Origin: Candidatus Bathyarchaeota archaeon
GTDB lineage: Archaea; Thermoproteota; Bathyarchaeia; Bathyarchaeales; DTEX01
DNA length: 36,998 nucleotides
Direction of reading: 5' to 3'
NCBI GenBank assembly: GCA_018397055.1
Contig: JAGTQS010000004.1
Location: 1 to 36,998 of the forward strand
Shown here: positions 1 to 8,872 of the stretch, in pieces
Position numbering within the stretch: position 1 is the stretch's first letter
How the letters are laid out: each line of letters opens with the position of its first letter
Made by a program: the position numbers and the translations under genes
Notes under the pieces: model-generated
What the model saw: the letters and a program-made list of their open reading frames with translations, nothing else
Database searches by the model: none
What the model was told of the DNA's origin: nothing

Positions 1-19
1 GGATAATCGAAACTTTCAG

Positions 20-1324
20 TTATGGGTAGACCCTGTTAATCAACCTTGGAAATGCTATGGCGTCTCTTATGTGTTCAAGATTGCATATCCACGCAACTGT
101 CCGTTCGACGCCTAGGCCGAAGCCTGAATGGGGTACAGAGCCATATCTCCTGAGGTCGATGTACCACTCATAATCTTTCGGGTTAAGGTTTTCTTCCTCT
201 ATCCTCTTCAGTAATTCGCCTAAATCGTGGATTCTCTGTCCGCCGCCAGTTATTTCACCGTAGCCTTCAGGAGCAAGAAGGTCAGCTGACAAAGTGACGT
301 TCGGATTAGCTGGGTCAGGCTTGTGGTAGAAGGCTTTAATGCCTTTTGGGAAGTGAGTAACGAAGAAGGGTTTATCAAAATCTTCGGTAAGCTGCTTCTC
401 CTCAATCCATCCAAGGTCGTTTCCATACTCGAATTTTACCCCCTTCTTTTCGAGGATTTCGACAACCTCGTCGTATCGGACTCTTTGAAAAGACGGTGAC
501 ATACCCAAGATTTCCTGAGGAGGCCTACCTAGCATTTCCAGTTCTTTCGCTGCCTTTTCCGCTAACCTTGCGAATACGTGACCTAAAAGGCTCTCTTGAA
601 CCTTCATTATGCAGTCCAAATCACACCAGGGTGCTTCAGCTTCAAGGTGCCAGTACTCAGTAAGATGTCTACGAGTTCTGGATTTCTCAGCTCGAAATGA
701 CGGAGCAACGGTGTAGATTTTCCCTAGACTGGCTATAGCTGCCTCCGCATAGAGCTGCCAGCTCTGGCTGAGGTACGCTTCCTGTTCGAAGTATTTGACA
801 GAAAAAAGCGTTGAGCCGCCTTCACATGCAGCTGTTATCAATGTCGGAGAGTGAAACTCGGTGTAGCCGTTGTTTTGGAACCATTCTCTTGCGGCTTCGA
901 GGAACTTTGACCTTACGCGAAGTATGGTTTGCATCTTCGGGTTTCTTATCCACAAATGCCTATGGTCAAGCAGAAACTCGGGACCGTGAAACTTCTTTGC
1001 AATTGGGTAATCTGCCTCAGCTAGGTGGACGACGTTCATGTTTTCGATTCTAATCTCGTACCCGCCGGGAGCCCTTTTGTCCTCGAAAACTGTGCCTGTA
1101 AGCTCCAACGAGGACTCTTGAGTGAGGTTTTTTGCATCCTCAAATTTCGCATCGTCCACTTTGCCCTTTTTCATAGTGCACTGAATTATGCCCGTTCCGT
1201 CGCGAACCATGAAGAAATGTATGCCCCCGCTGGACCGCATATTGTCAAGCCAACCGCGAACTTGAACGGTCTTACCTGTATATTGCCCAGAAAGGATGGA
1301 TGAGACATCAACAAACCCGTTCAT
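20..1324 (-). CDS. asnS: Asparagine--tRNA ligase (class IIb)
   Basis: N-terminal OB fold (VRGW...RDGTG), motif 2 FRAEKSRTRRHLTEYWHLEAE, EITGGGQR, motif 3 YGSVPHSGFGLGVERTVAW. ATG at 1324 preferred over the ORF-track start at 1390. Confidence 0.92.
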   Translation of the reverse strand: MNGFVDVSSILSGQYTGKTVQVRGWLDNMRSSGGIHFFMVRDGTGIIQCTMKKGKVDDAKFEDAKNLTQESSLELTGTVFEDKRAPGGYEIRIENMNVVHLAEADYPIAKKFHGPEFLLDHRHLWIRNPKMQTILRVRSKFLEAAREWFQNNGYTEFHSPTLITAACEGGSTLFSVKYFEQEAYLSQSWQLYAEAAIASLGKIYTVAPSFRAEKSRTRRHLTEYWHLEAEAPWCDLDCIMKVQESLLGHVFARLAEKAAKELEMLGRPPQEILGMSPSFQRVRYDEVVEILEKKGVKFEYGNDLGWIEEKQLTEDFDKPFFVTHFPKGIKAFYHKPDPANPNVTLSADLLAPEGYGEITGGGQRIHDLGELLKRIEEENLNPKDYEWYIDLRRYGSVPHSGFGLGVERTVAWICNLEHIRDAIAFPRLINRVYP

Positions 1325-1413
1325 GCCCTTAACCCAGCCGTGTTTAATTGAACAGATTGTATCTTGGACAGCTTCTAAAAGTTTTTCCACGTAAAACCTT
1401 TGCGTAAAACACC

Positions 1414-2091
1414 TTAGGCTGTCTGCTTTGGCTTCTCAGTCGGCTTGTAAAGCTTCTTTTCATAGGCGCTTTTCGGCTTAAACTTTCCTTTCAAAGGTTG
1501 AGGCATAGCTTTTTGTCTCTCAATGTTTTTGTATCTCGCCAAAGTCTTAGCTATCTTCGTCTTTGATGGCCCTAAAGGTTTTTTCGGTTTACGTTTTTGG
1601 GCCAATGCCTTAAAAGCAGGCGACAAGGGTTTTCGTCTTTGCCTTTTCTTTTGAACGCCCGCTAAGGTGGAAGCTTCCTTTCTGAACGAAGCCTTCTTTT
1701 CCGCCAAGTTAACGTTTTCAACCCTCCAGCCTACTGTCAGCCAAGCTTCGGAAGCTGAGTGGCTTAAGCTGTTATTCCACCACTTTTCGCTGGTGTACGC
1801 AGAGTCTGGCAGTTTGTCGCCGAGAATTTCTTCAATAAACTTGAACGTGAGAGTTACATAGTTCGAGTATTGCGCTCTTCGAACCAAAAATTGGCTGAGT
1901 GGCGCATATTTGCTTCTAGGAGCAGCAGGCATCAGCCTTCGTTTGGCACAACTTAGGCAGGTTGGCTTTCCTTCCTCATCGTAGACAAGGCAGTTTCTAC
2001 AATATAGCTTCTTACATCTGTTACACCGAGAAAGTGCATAATATGGAACGGTTACGCCGCAAAGCGAACAGTCTTCCTGAACGGGAACCAT
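1414..2091 (-). CDS. Hypothetical protein: 8-Cys zinc finger + DUF7662-like domain + Lys-rich tail
   Basis: CSLC-x11-CNRC-x4-CRNC-x10-CLSC, then SKYAPL..VTLTF..IEEILG..LPDSA..WWNN..AWLTVGWRV, then a basic C-terminus. Start is 2091 (ATG) or 2160. Confidence 0.7.
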   Translation of the reverse strand: MVPVQEDCSLCGVTVPYYALSRCNRCKKLYCRNCLVYDEEGKPTCLSCAKRRLMPAAPRSKYAPLSQFLVRRAQYSNYVTLTFKFIEEILGDKLPDSAYTSEKWWNNSLSHSASEAWLTVGWRVENVNLAEKKASFRKEASTLAGVQKKRQRRKPLSPAFKALAQKRKPKKPLGPSKTKIAKTLARYKNIERQKAMPQPLKGKFKPKSAYEKKLYKPTEKPKQTA

Positions 2092-2260
2092 AACAACACA
2101 CTGAACCTTTTCACTAACATGAATAGAGGGTTCAGCAACAAGATAAGGGTTCGCATTCATATATGCCTTAAAATTACGGATTAGGAAATGATAAAGAGTT
2201 GAAATGGGAAACTGTTAAATTGATTAAAGAAGAAACAGATAAACACTCACGGAGAGGTCT

Positions 2261-3301
2261 ATGTTGGAAAAGAAGGTTGTAACTTTTGGAGAAATCATGC
2301 TTAGGCTTACGCCGCCAAACTTTCTAAGGTTCGTTCAAGCAAGGTCGTTCGATGCCATTTACGGCGGAGGAGAAGCCAACGTAGCGATTGCCTTGGCAAA
2401 CTTCGGTGTTCCAGTGGACTACGTGACCAGGCTTCCTGCTAACGCAATTGGAGACGCCTGCCTGAACTATGTGAGGCAATTTGGCGTTGGAACAAGCAAA
2501 ATAGTTCGTGGAGGAGAAAGGCTTGGCATTTACTTCATGGAGATGGGCGCTGCGCAGCGGGGAAGCGAAGTGATCTATGACCGCTCAAACTCGTCTATAG
2601 CAACTATTGAACCCGGAATGGTAGACTGGGACAAAGCCTTCGCTGACGCATGCTGGTTCCACTGGACAGGCATAACACCAGCAATAAGCAGAGGCGCGGC
2701 GGAAACGTGCCTCGAAGCTGCGAAAAAGGCAAAGGAGAAGGGGCTAACTGTTTCCTGCGATTTGAATTACCGTGCTAAGCTTTGGAAATGGGGACGCACT
2801 GCAACTGAGGTTATGACGGAGCTCGTAAAATACGCGGACATTGCGATATGCAATGAAGAAGATGCTGAAAAGGTTTTTGGCATTAAGGCGCCCGGCGTTG
2901 ATGTGCTTAAGGGGAAGGTTGAGGCGGAAAAATACCTCTATGTTGCCCAAAAACTAATGGAGAAGTTCCCTAACCTCGGCAAAATCGCCATTACGTTGCG
3001 GGGAAGCATCAGTGCCAGCCATAACACGTGGTCAGGTGTGCTTTACGACGGAAAGGCTTTCTATTCCGCTCCTACTTACGATATTACAGACATCGTTGAC
3101 AGGGTTGGAGGCGGAGACTCGTTTGCTGCGGGTTTAATCTATGGGCTTCTCAAGTTCAGCGACGACCTTCAAAGAGTCCTGAACTTCGCAGTTGCAGCTT
3201 CGTGCCTCAAGCACACGATTTTCGGCGACTCAAACATCGTCTCGGTCGCTGAGGTTGAAAAAATAATGTCTGGAATTGTTTCTGGAAGAGTTTCAAGGTA
3301 A
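2261..3301 (+). CDS. kdgK: 2-keto-3-deoxygluconate kinase (PfkB family)
   Basis: VVTFGEIMLRL, GGGEANVA, HWTGITPA, DLNYRAKLW, DRVGGGDSFAAG. GGAGAGG RBS upstream. Adjacent to eda. Confidence 0.88.
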   Translation: MLEKKVVTFGEIMLRLTPPNFLRFVQARSFDAIYGGGEANVAIALANFGVPVDYVTRLPANAIGDACLNYVRQFGVGTSKIVRGGERLGIYFMEMGAAQRGSEVIYDRSNSSIATIEPGMVDWDKAFADACWFHWTGITPAISRGAAETCLEAAKKAKEKGLTVSCDLNYRAKLWKWGRTATEVMTELVKYADIAICNEEDAEKVFGIKAPGVDVLKGKVEAEKYLYVAQKLMEKFPNLGKIAITLRGSISASHNTWSGVLYDGKAFYSAPTYDITDIVDRVGGGDSFAAGLIYGLLKFSDDLQRVLNFAVAASCLKHTIFGDSNIVSVAEVEKIMSGIVSGRVSR

Positions 3302-3318
3302 CAAAAGAGGGTGATAGA

Positions 3319-4338
3319 TTGGCGAAATTCATGAAACACGTAGTCATTGGAAAAATATTAGAGCTAGGATTGGTGCCTGTCTTCTACCACGACGATTTGG
3401 AGACAGCTAAGAAAATTGTTCAGGCATGCGTTGACGGAGGACAAAAAATAATCGAGTTCACAAACAGGGGCGACTTCGCATACCAAGTCTTCGCTGAGCT
3501 CGCAAAATGGGTTAACACCACATTCAAAGACGTCATAATCGGCGTAGGCTCAGTCATCGACCCAGAGACAGCTGCGCTTTACATCAACAGCGGAGCAAAC
3601 TTCGTTGTTGGACCCGTCTTTAACCCAGAAATCGCCAAAGTCTGCAACCGACGAAAAGTGCCTTATTCACCTGGATGCGGCAGCGCCACGGAGATTTCGC
3701 AGGCTGAAGAAATGGGATGCGACATAGTTAAAGTCTTTCCAGGTGAAGAGGTCGGCGGCCCATCATTCATAAAAAACATGCTTGCTCCATGCCCGTGGGT
3801 TAAGCTCATGCCGACCGGAGGCGTAGACACCACACGTGAAAGCATCTCAGAATGGATTAAGGCAGGGGCAGCTGCACTTGGCATAGGGTCAAAGCTCATT
3901 TCTAAGGAACTTGTCGCCACAGGAGACTTCGAGGCCATCACAAAAAAAGTTGAACAGTGCCTTTGGTGGATACAAGAAGCAAGGGGAACGCCGCTGTTCC
4001 TCGGAATAGAACACGTTGGCCTTTATCCTAACGGAGCTACTGCCGAAGAAATCACGAATTGGTATGCAGACACCTTTGGGTTGACAAAAACTGAGGGAAC
4101 ATCGTCCTTCTTCATTTCAGGCAAGGGCTCTGGAAGAATCGAAATCATGAAAGCCGCTGAACCCGTTAAGTGCCACATCGCAGTTCGCGTCTCCAACTTC
4201 GAGGAAGCCTGCAAACGCCTACAAGAAAAGGGCTTTGAACTTGAAGAGCCAAAAATTAAGAAGGGAACCAAAGCTGCCTTCCTAAAGACACCTGACCCCG
4301 CTGGAAACAGAGTTCACATTCTATACCAGGCTCCCTAG
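3319..4338 (+). CDS. eda: KDPG/KHG aldolase (bacterial Eda type) fused to a C-terminal VOC/glyoxalase domain
   Basis: EFTNR, GVGSV, GANFVVGP, Schiff-base Lys in VKVFP, MPTGGV. The last ~110 aa carry HVGL, IEIM, HIAVRV, DPAGNRVHI. TTG start after GAGGGTGA. Confidence 0.85.
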   Translation: MAKFMKHVVIGKILELGLVPVFYHDDLETAKKIVQACVDGGQKIIEFTNRGDFAYQVFAELAKWVNTTFKDVIIGVGSVIDPETAALYINSGANFVVGPVFNPEIAKVCNRRKVPYSPGCGSATEISQAEEMGCDIVKVFPGEEVGGPSFIKNMLAPCPWVKLMPTGGVDTTRESISEWIKAGAAALGIGSKLISKELVATGDFEAITKKVEQCLWWIQEARGTPLFLGIEHVGLYPNGATAEEITNWYADTFGLTKTEGTSSFFISGKGSGRIEIMKAAEPVKCHIAVRVSNFEEACKRLQEKGFELEEPKIKKGTKAAFLKTPDPAGNRVHILYQAP

Positions 4339-4347
4339 ATAGAGCCC

Positions 4348-5112
4348 TTAACAGCCCACTTTCCTTTTTTCTAAAAAAGCATTTTTTAAAAAAAGGTTCT
4401 CAATAATCTTTTTTAGGTTTTTGCCGAATTGTGTGTTCAGTAATCCGTCAATGTTGCCGATGTTTTGTTCAAGTTCAGAGTCAAATGGCAAGGCACCGAG
4501 ATAGCTGAACCCCTTAGCCTCAACTTGCGAGCGTATCCACGTTGATTCTTGCGTTTGCATGTTTTCTATTACGCCAACCACGGGATTCTTTGTTTCCCTT
4601 AGCAAGTCAAGGAGTTTTCCAACGGTCTCAAACGCAAGCCTCGATGGTGTTGTAACAATGAGAAACTTGACGTTTTGTACGAACCGAAGCAAGTCTAGAG
4701 TGACGTCGCCTATTCCAGGAGGCATGTCAAGGATAAGATAGTCCAGGTTTCCCCACTTTGTCACGGCTAAGAGTTCGATGAAGGCATCCGAGGTTTCGGA
4801 ACCTCTAAGCGACGATGCTCTGCCAGCGGAATAATAAACGACGGACATGAACCTTAAGCCGTGGATTTGCGGGGGAACTATGCCTTTTTCTTCTTTAGGC
4901 TGCTCGTTGCCAATGTTTAGGACAACGTGCGAGGAGGGGCTTGTAAAATCAAGGTCGAAGAATCCAACCTTGTATCCATTTCGAGCCAGAATTAAAGCTA
5001 GTACGGAGGCAACCAGGGTTTTTCCGACGCCTCCTTTTCCGCTTGACACTGCGATGACGTTTCGAACATTTTTAAGCCGTTCATCTATGATTGCTGTTCG
5101 AGGGTCAATCAC
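4348..5112 (-). CDS. hypB: Mrp/MinD-family P-loop ATPase, ATPase-type HypB
   Basis: MIDPR start, SGKGGVGKT, DLDF, WGNLDYLILDMPPG, GVIENM. No C-terminal CxxC as in Mrp/Nbp35. Overlaps the 3' end of hypA. Confidence 0.75.
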   Translation of the reverse strand: MIDPRTAIIDERLKNVRNVIAVSSGKGGVGKTLVASVLALILARNGYKVGFFDLDFTSPSSHVVLNIGNEQPKEEKGIVPPQIHGLRFMSVVYYSAGRASSLRGSETSDAFIELLAVTKWGNLDYLILDMPPGIGDVTLDLLRFVQNVKFLIVTTPSRLAFETVGKLLDLLRETKNPVVGVIENMQTQESTWIRSQVEAKGFSYLGALPFDSELEQNIGNIDGLLNTQFGKNLKKIIENLFLKNAFLEKRKVGC

Positions 5113-5512
5113 AGCGTTTTTTCCCCACTATGTTTTCTATCCAAACTCCACGTCCCTGTTCAACTTCGAAGTCTGGACTGTTGCACTCTGGGCATCTGAC
5201 AAAGGCATGGGCAATTTCAGGAACAAAATGAATAGCCTCCCTCGAGGATTTGTCAAGTCCAGTTTTGCTGAATAGCCATCGGCAGCCGCACACCCTGCAT
5301 TTAAGCCTTGCACGGGTTTTTCTGATTTTTATTTTTGCATCTTTCAGTCTGCCACTTAAGAGTTGCGAAAGCGCGAACTTGAAGATTTCAAGGTCAACTT
5401 GTTGAAGTTCGCCGAGCCCGATGTTGATTGAGGCGACCTTTTTCATTCCGCTCTTTTCAACAACCTCAGAAGCTGCTGACACCACTGCCTCAGCAAGCGC
5501 CCATTCATGCAT
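5105..5512 (-). CDS. hypA: Hydrogenase nickel metallochaperone HypA
   Basis: MHE N-terminus, LGELQQVD, CRVC...CPEC zinc site, IHFVPE insertion, GRGV. Confidence 0.95.
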   Translation of the reverse strand: MHEWALAEAVVSAASEVVEKSGMKKVASINIGLGELQQVDLEIFKFALSQLLSGRLKDAKIKIRKTRARLKCRVCGCRWLFSKTGLDKSSREAIHFVPEIAHAFVRCPECNSPDFEVEQGRGVWIENIVGKKRCD

Positions 5513-5534
5513 ACAAAAAAAGTGGAACCAAGTT

Positions 5535-5542
5535 TATTTAAG
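5535..5542 (-). promoter_or_regulatory. Probable TATA box of a leaderless hypA-hypB transcript
   Basis: CTTAAATA on the minus strand 23-30 nt upstream of the hypA ATG, with no SD motif. Confidence 0.45.
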
Positions 5543-5603
5543 GGTATTCCGTTAATAAGCAGATACAGGTTCTCTTTTTTTTTCCTTGTCAGTTTAGTTT
5601 GGC

Positions 5604-6365
5604 TTAGTGTTGTTTCCTTCTTTGTTTGTCTACCTTTTTATGGTGTTTAGGAACAAGTCTTCTTCTTATGATTTGCCGTTCTATCCGTACTTCCTTCATT
5701 GTTTCCTCTAAGATTCTCGGCGTCTCTAACTGTGCTTGCTGAGGTGGAATTACGATTGGCTCAACCTTTTTTTCCTCAACATGAGCAGGTGTAATCGTGG
5801 GTTGATCCCTTTTCTTAACAAGCGGCTTAGCTTTTTCTGCTTTACGGGTTCTTTTTCTTTTTGCCGTTTTTGCAGATGGCTTTTTTGCTGTAACCTTAGC
5901 TGGTTTTCTCTTTCTAGTTTTCCTTGTCGCCTTTTTTATTAGTCCAGTTTTTTCAGCGTATTCTCTGACTTTTTGAACTGAGAGAACTCTCAGAGCTCTA
6001 ATGATGTCTTTCTTTTTTTCTGCCTTTTTCATTCCGAACAATGTTGGTTTTTCAAGCAGAACGCCTGTTTCTTTTGCCAGCCTTTTTAGCTGATTGGCAC
6101 TCATGATGTGGAGAAGCTCTTCTTTGGTAAGCCTGTTTATTCCTAAAAGTTCGATGAGGTCGGATTCTTTGAACTCAGAGGTGACGAGAACGTCTATGGC
6201 TTCTTCTTTCGACCTCACTTTTTGAACATTGCCTTGAGCGTCCTTCTTCTCAAAAGTGATGCCGTTTTGGCGACCGAGCTTCAATAGTTCATCAAAACTT
6301 AGCCTGCTTAATAGCTCCCAAGATGCCTCGTAGTCTGCAAGCTTAGCTGAAACAGACAACAACAA
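5604..6365 (-). CDS. Basic hypothetical protein with repeated helix-extension-helix (Rho-N/SAP-like) motifs and a Lys/Arg/Ala-rich region
   Basis: Repeats LSFDELLKLGRQNGI / MSANQLKRLAKETGV / LSVQKVREYAEKTGL, followed by KKATRKTRKRKPAKVTAKKPSAKTAKRK. Confidence 0.65.
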   Translation of the reverse strand: MLLSVSAKLADYEASWELLSRLSFDELLKLGRQNGITFEKKDAQGNVQKVRSKEEAIDVLVTSEFKESDLIELLGINRLTKEELLHIMSANQLKRLAKETGVLLEKPTLFGMKKAEKKKDIIRALRVLSVQKVREYAEKTGLIKKATRKTRKRKPAKVTAKKPSAKTAKRKRTRKAEKAKPLVKKRDQPTITPAHVEEKKVEPIVIPPQQAQLETPRILEETMKEVRIERQIIRRRLVPKHHKKVDKQRRKQH

Positions 6366-6469
6366 CCCTGCTCAGAAATATTATAATCCCAGAATACTAA
6401 AGTCTTATGGAATATGGCCTTCGCATCATCGTTAAGGCTAATTGTTCAGAAAATGGAGAAACGGGATAA

Positions 6470-7546
6470 ATGGCTGAGAAAAATGGGCAAATAACAATGC
6501 TGCATGGTGCAGGCGGAACCGTAATGCACGACCTAGTAAAGAACACAATCCTAAAGTATTTGGGAGATACAAAAAGTCCTGGGTTCGTCGAGGTTCCTCT
6601 AAACTTCTTAGACGACGCAGCGGTCGTGGACGACATCGTGTTAAAAAGCGATTCTCACGCGGTTAAACCCATATTTTTCCCAGGAGGCGACATAGGCCGA
6701 CTAGCTATCTCTGGAACAGTGAACGATATAGCAGTTTTAGGAGCGGAACCCTTCGCACTGGCGTGCGGTCTCGTTCTAGAAGAAGGCTTGTCCACAGCCG
6801 ACCTTGAACGAATCTTGAGGAGCATGCGGGACGCCTGCGTCGAAGCAGGCGTCGGTGTTGTCACAGGCGACACAAAAGTTGTTGAGAAAGGCAGCTTAGG
6901 GGGATGCGTCATCAACGTTTCTGGGGTTGGTAGACGAACTGAGGCTCTTGAAAAAAACATGTTGGTTGTCAAAAAGTTTAGAAAAGATTTCCAATCCAGA
7001 TGGATTCTGGACTCGAACCTTTCTGGCGGCGAAAAAATAATCGTTTCAGGCACCATTGGCGACCATGGTTTAGCTGTTCTCTCAGCCCAAGAAGGCTTAA
7101 GCTTCGGAAGCGAAATCAAGTCGGATGTGAGGCCTTTAAACCGCTTGATTTTACGTTTACTTGAAGAGGCAGGCGGCATCGTAGCCATGAAAGACCCTAC
7201 ACGTGGGGGATTAGCCGACGCCTTAAACGAGTTTTGTGACAAGTCAGGCGTAGGCATACTTCTTGAAGAAGGGAAGGTTCCAATTCGTGAAGACGTTAGG
7301 TCAGCCTGCGAGATGTTGGGCTTAGACCCGTTCGAGGTAGGCAACGAAGGAAAAATAGTCATCGGCGTAGTTAAAGAAAAGGCTGAGGAAGTCCTAACGC
7401 TTCTGCGGTCAACGGAGGAGGGAAAGGACGCTGAGATTGTCGGAGAAACGAACGTAAATTTCAAGGGGGTTGCGGTGCAAACGGTGGTAGGCGGAAAAAG
7501 AATAATCGCTAGACCCATAGGAGACCCTGTTCCTAGAATTTGTTAA
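6470..7546 (+). CDS. hypE: Hydrogenase maturation carbamoyl dehydratase HypE
   Basis: HGAGG, DDAA, DSHAVKPIFFPGGDIG, GTVND, VTGDTKVV, MKDPTRGG, NEGK, C-terminal PRIC. Confidence 0.96.
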   Translation: MAEKNGQITMLHGAGGTVMHDLVKNTILKYLGDTKSPGFVEVPLNFLDDAAVVDDIVLKSDSHAVKPIFFPGGDIGRLAISGTVNDIAVLGAEPFALACGLVLEEGLSTADLERILRSMRDACVEAGVGVVTGDTKVVEKGSLGGCVINVSGVGRRTEALEKNMLVVKKFRKDFQSRWILDSNLSGGEKIIVSGTIGDHGLAVLSAQEGLSFGSEIKSDVRPLNRLILRLLEEAGGIVAMKDPTRGGLADALNEFCDKSGVGILLEEGKVPIREDVRSACEMLGLDPFEVGNEGKIVIGVVKEKAEEVLTLLRSTEEGKDAEIVGETNVNFKGVAVQTVVGGKRIIARPIGDPVPRIC

Positions 7547-7620
7547 CTTTTCACGGTTCTAGGCAGAGGGTTAATGCAAAATTTTATGTGTTAAGAAGGT
7601 TCAATTTTACATGATGATAT

Positions 7621-8778
7621 ATGGTCTTGATTGATTTACGCAACCAGAAAACTGCGAGAACCAAAGAGGAAATGCTTAAGCATCTGAAAAGTTTTCGGTT
7701 AGAACCTCGTTTTTCTGCTGGAGTCTGGTTTTTCTTTCCAGGGGGAAGCCGATTTCACGAAGCCTTTATAGAAAAGGGCTCGGTACAGGACACGCTTGAC
7801 AAGGTTGCGCACCTTTACGACTGTGGAGTGATTGATTCAAGTTTCGGTTTGGAAGCCCACTATCCCAACGAGGTAAACGATGAGCTCCTAGACAAGTATA
7901 AGAGCCTTCAAAAAGAAACGGGCATCAAGCTGATAACCGTTGTCCCAAACCTTTTCTACGAGAAATCGTTCGAGTTCGGCTCACTCTCAAATCCCAACCC
8001 GAAAATAAGGAAAAAGGCCATTGACCGTACAATTACGACCCTGAAAATTAACAAGGAACTCGGCACCGAATTCTGCATTGTTTGGCCCGGCGGAGACGGA
8101 TACGAGAATCCCTTTGGAACCGAATTCTACAGCATGTGGGACAACTTCGAGAAAGGGTTAGCTGAAGCCATGGACGCTGTTCCAGGACTCAGGGTTGCCA
8201 TTGAGCCAAAGCCCTACGAGCCGAGGGGAAACAACATATATAGGAACACGGCGAACGGGCTTCTCATGGCTAGAAACATCGAGGCACTGTTGACTTCCAA
8301 GGAGAACAGAAAAATCCTCAGCGAAGGGCACGCACTTGTTTGTTTGAATCCTGAAGTTGGGCATGTGCTTATGGGGCACGAGGAGCTAGCGTACTCCTTT
8401 GCCTCCATACTTAGAGAAGGCAGACTTGCACACACGCATTGGAACAGTCAGCCTCTTGGTAACTATGACCAAGACCTGAACGTGGGAGTGTTGGGCCTTG
8501 ACCAGATGTACGCAGCGATGCTTGTGCTAAGGATGTACGGATATAAGTGCAGGTTTGGGATAGACATCAACCCGGAGAGGATGCCTGTTGAAAGAGCCCT
8601 GGTTCTTAACATTAATGCGCTTAGAGCAGCGTGTGACCGTGTGAACCAGATTGACTACGAAAGACTTGTTGAAGCCATGTATAATCCTGAACAAAACAGA
8701 GGCGCAGCAGAAGACATCTTAACGAGAGCTTTGGCTCCGCCTTCAACTAAACTCATCGACTTGAACAAAGCAGACTAG
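7621..8778 (+). CDS. Xylose isomerase-like TIM-barrel sugar isomerase
   Basis: FSAGVW, WPGGDG, IEPKPYEPR, LNPEVGH, HTHWNSQ, YDQDL, GIDINP. Confidence 0.8.
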   Translation: MVLIDLRNQKTARTKEEMLKHLKSFRLEPRFSAGVWFFFPGGSRFHEAFIEKGSVQDTLDKVAHLYDCGVIDSSFGLEAHYPNEVNDELLDKYKSLQKETGIKLITVVPNLFYEKSFEFGSLSNPNPKIRKKAIDRTITTLKINKELGTEFCIVWPGGDGYENPFGTEFYSMWDNFEKGLAEAMDAVPGLRVAIEPKPYEPRGNNIYRNTANGLLMARNIEALLTSKENRKILSEGHALVCLNPEVGHVLMGHEELAYSFASILREGRLAHTHWNSQPLGNYDQDLNVGVLGLDQMYAAMLVLRMYGYKCRFGIDINPERMPVERALVLNINALRAACDRVNQIDYERLVEAMYNPEQNRGAAEDILTRALAPPSTKLIDLNKAD

Positions 8779-8872
8779 AAAGAACCTTTTCTGCGGCACG
8801 AAAATCTGTTTCCGCCTCAGCCTCTGTAACCTTACGTGTTAGGCGTGTGTTTGCATCGAATCTTTTAAGGCT

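Noticed and set aside
6655-7518. 287-aa antisense ORF, and similar antisense ORFs over purL, purQ, MDR, Gfo/Idh/MocA, nadA and the enolase gene
   Set aside because: Shadow frames of well-supported genes, with Ser/Pro/Thr-rich translations and no motifs.
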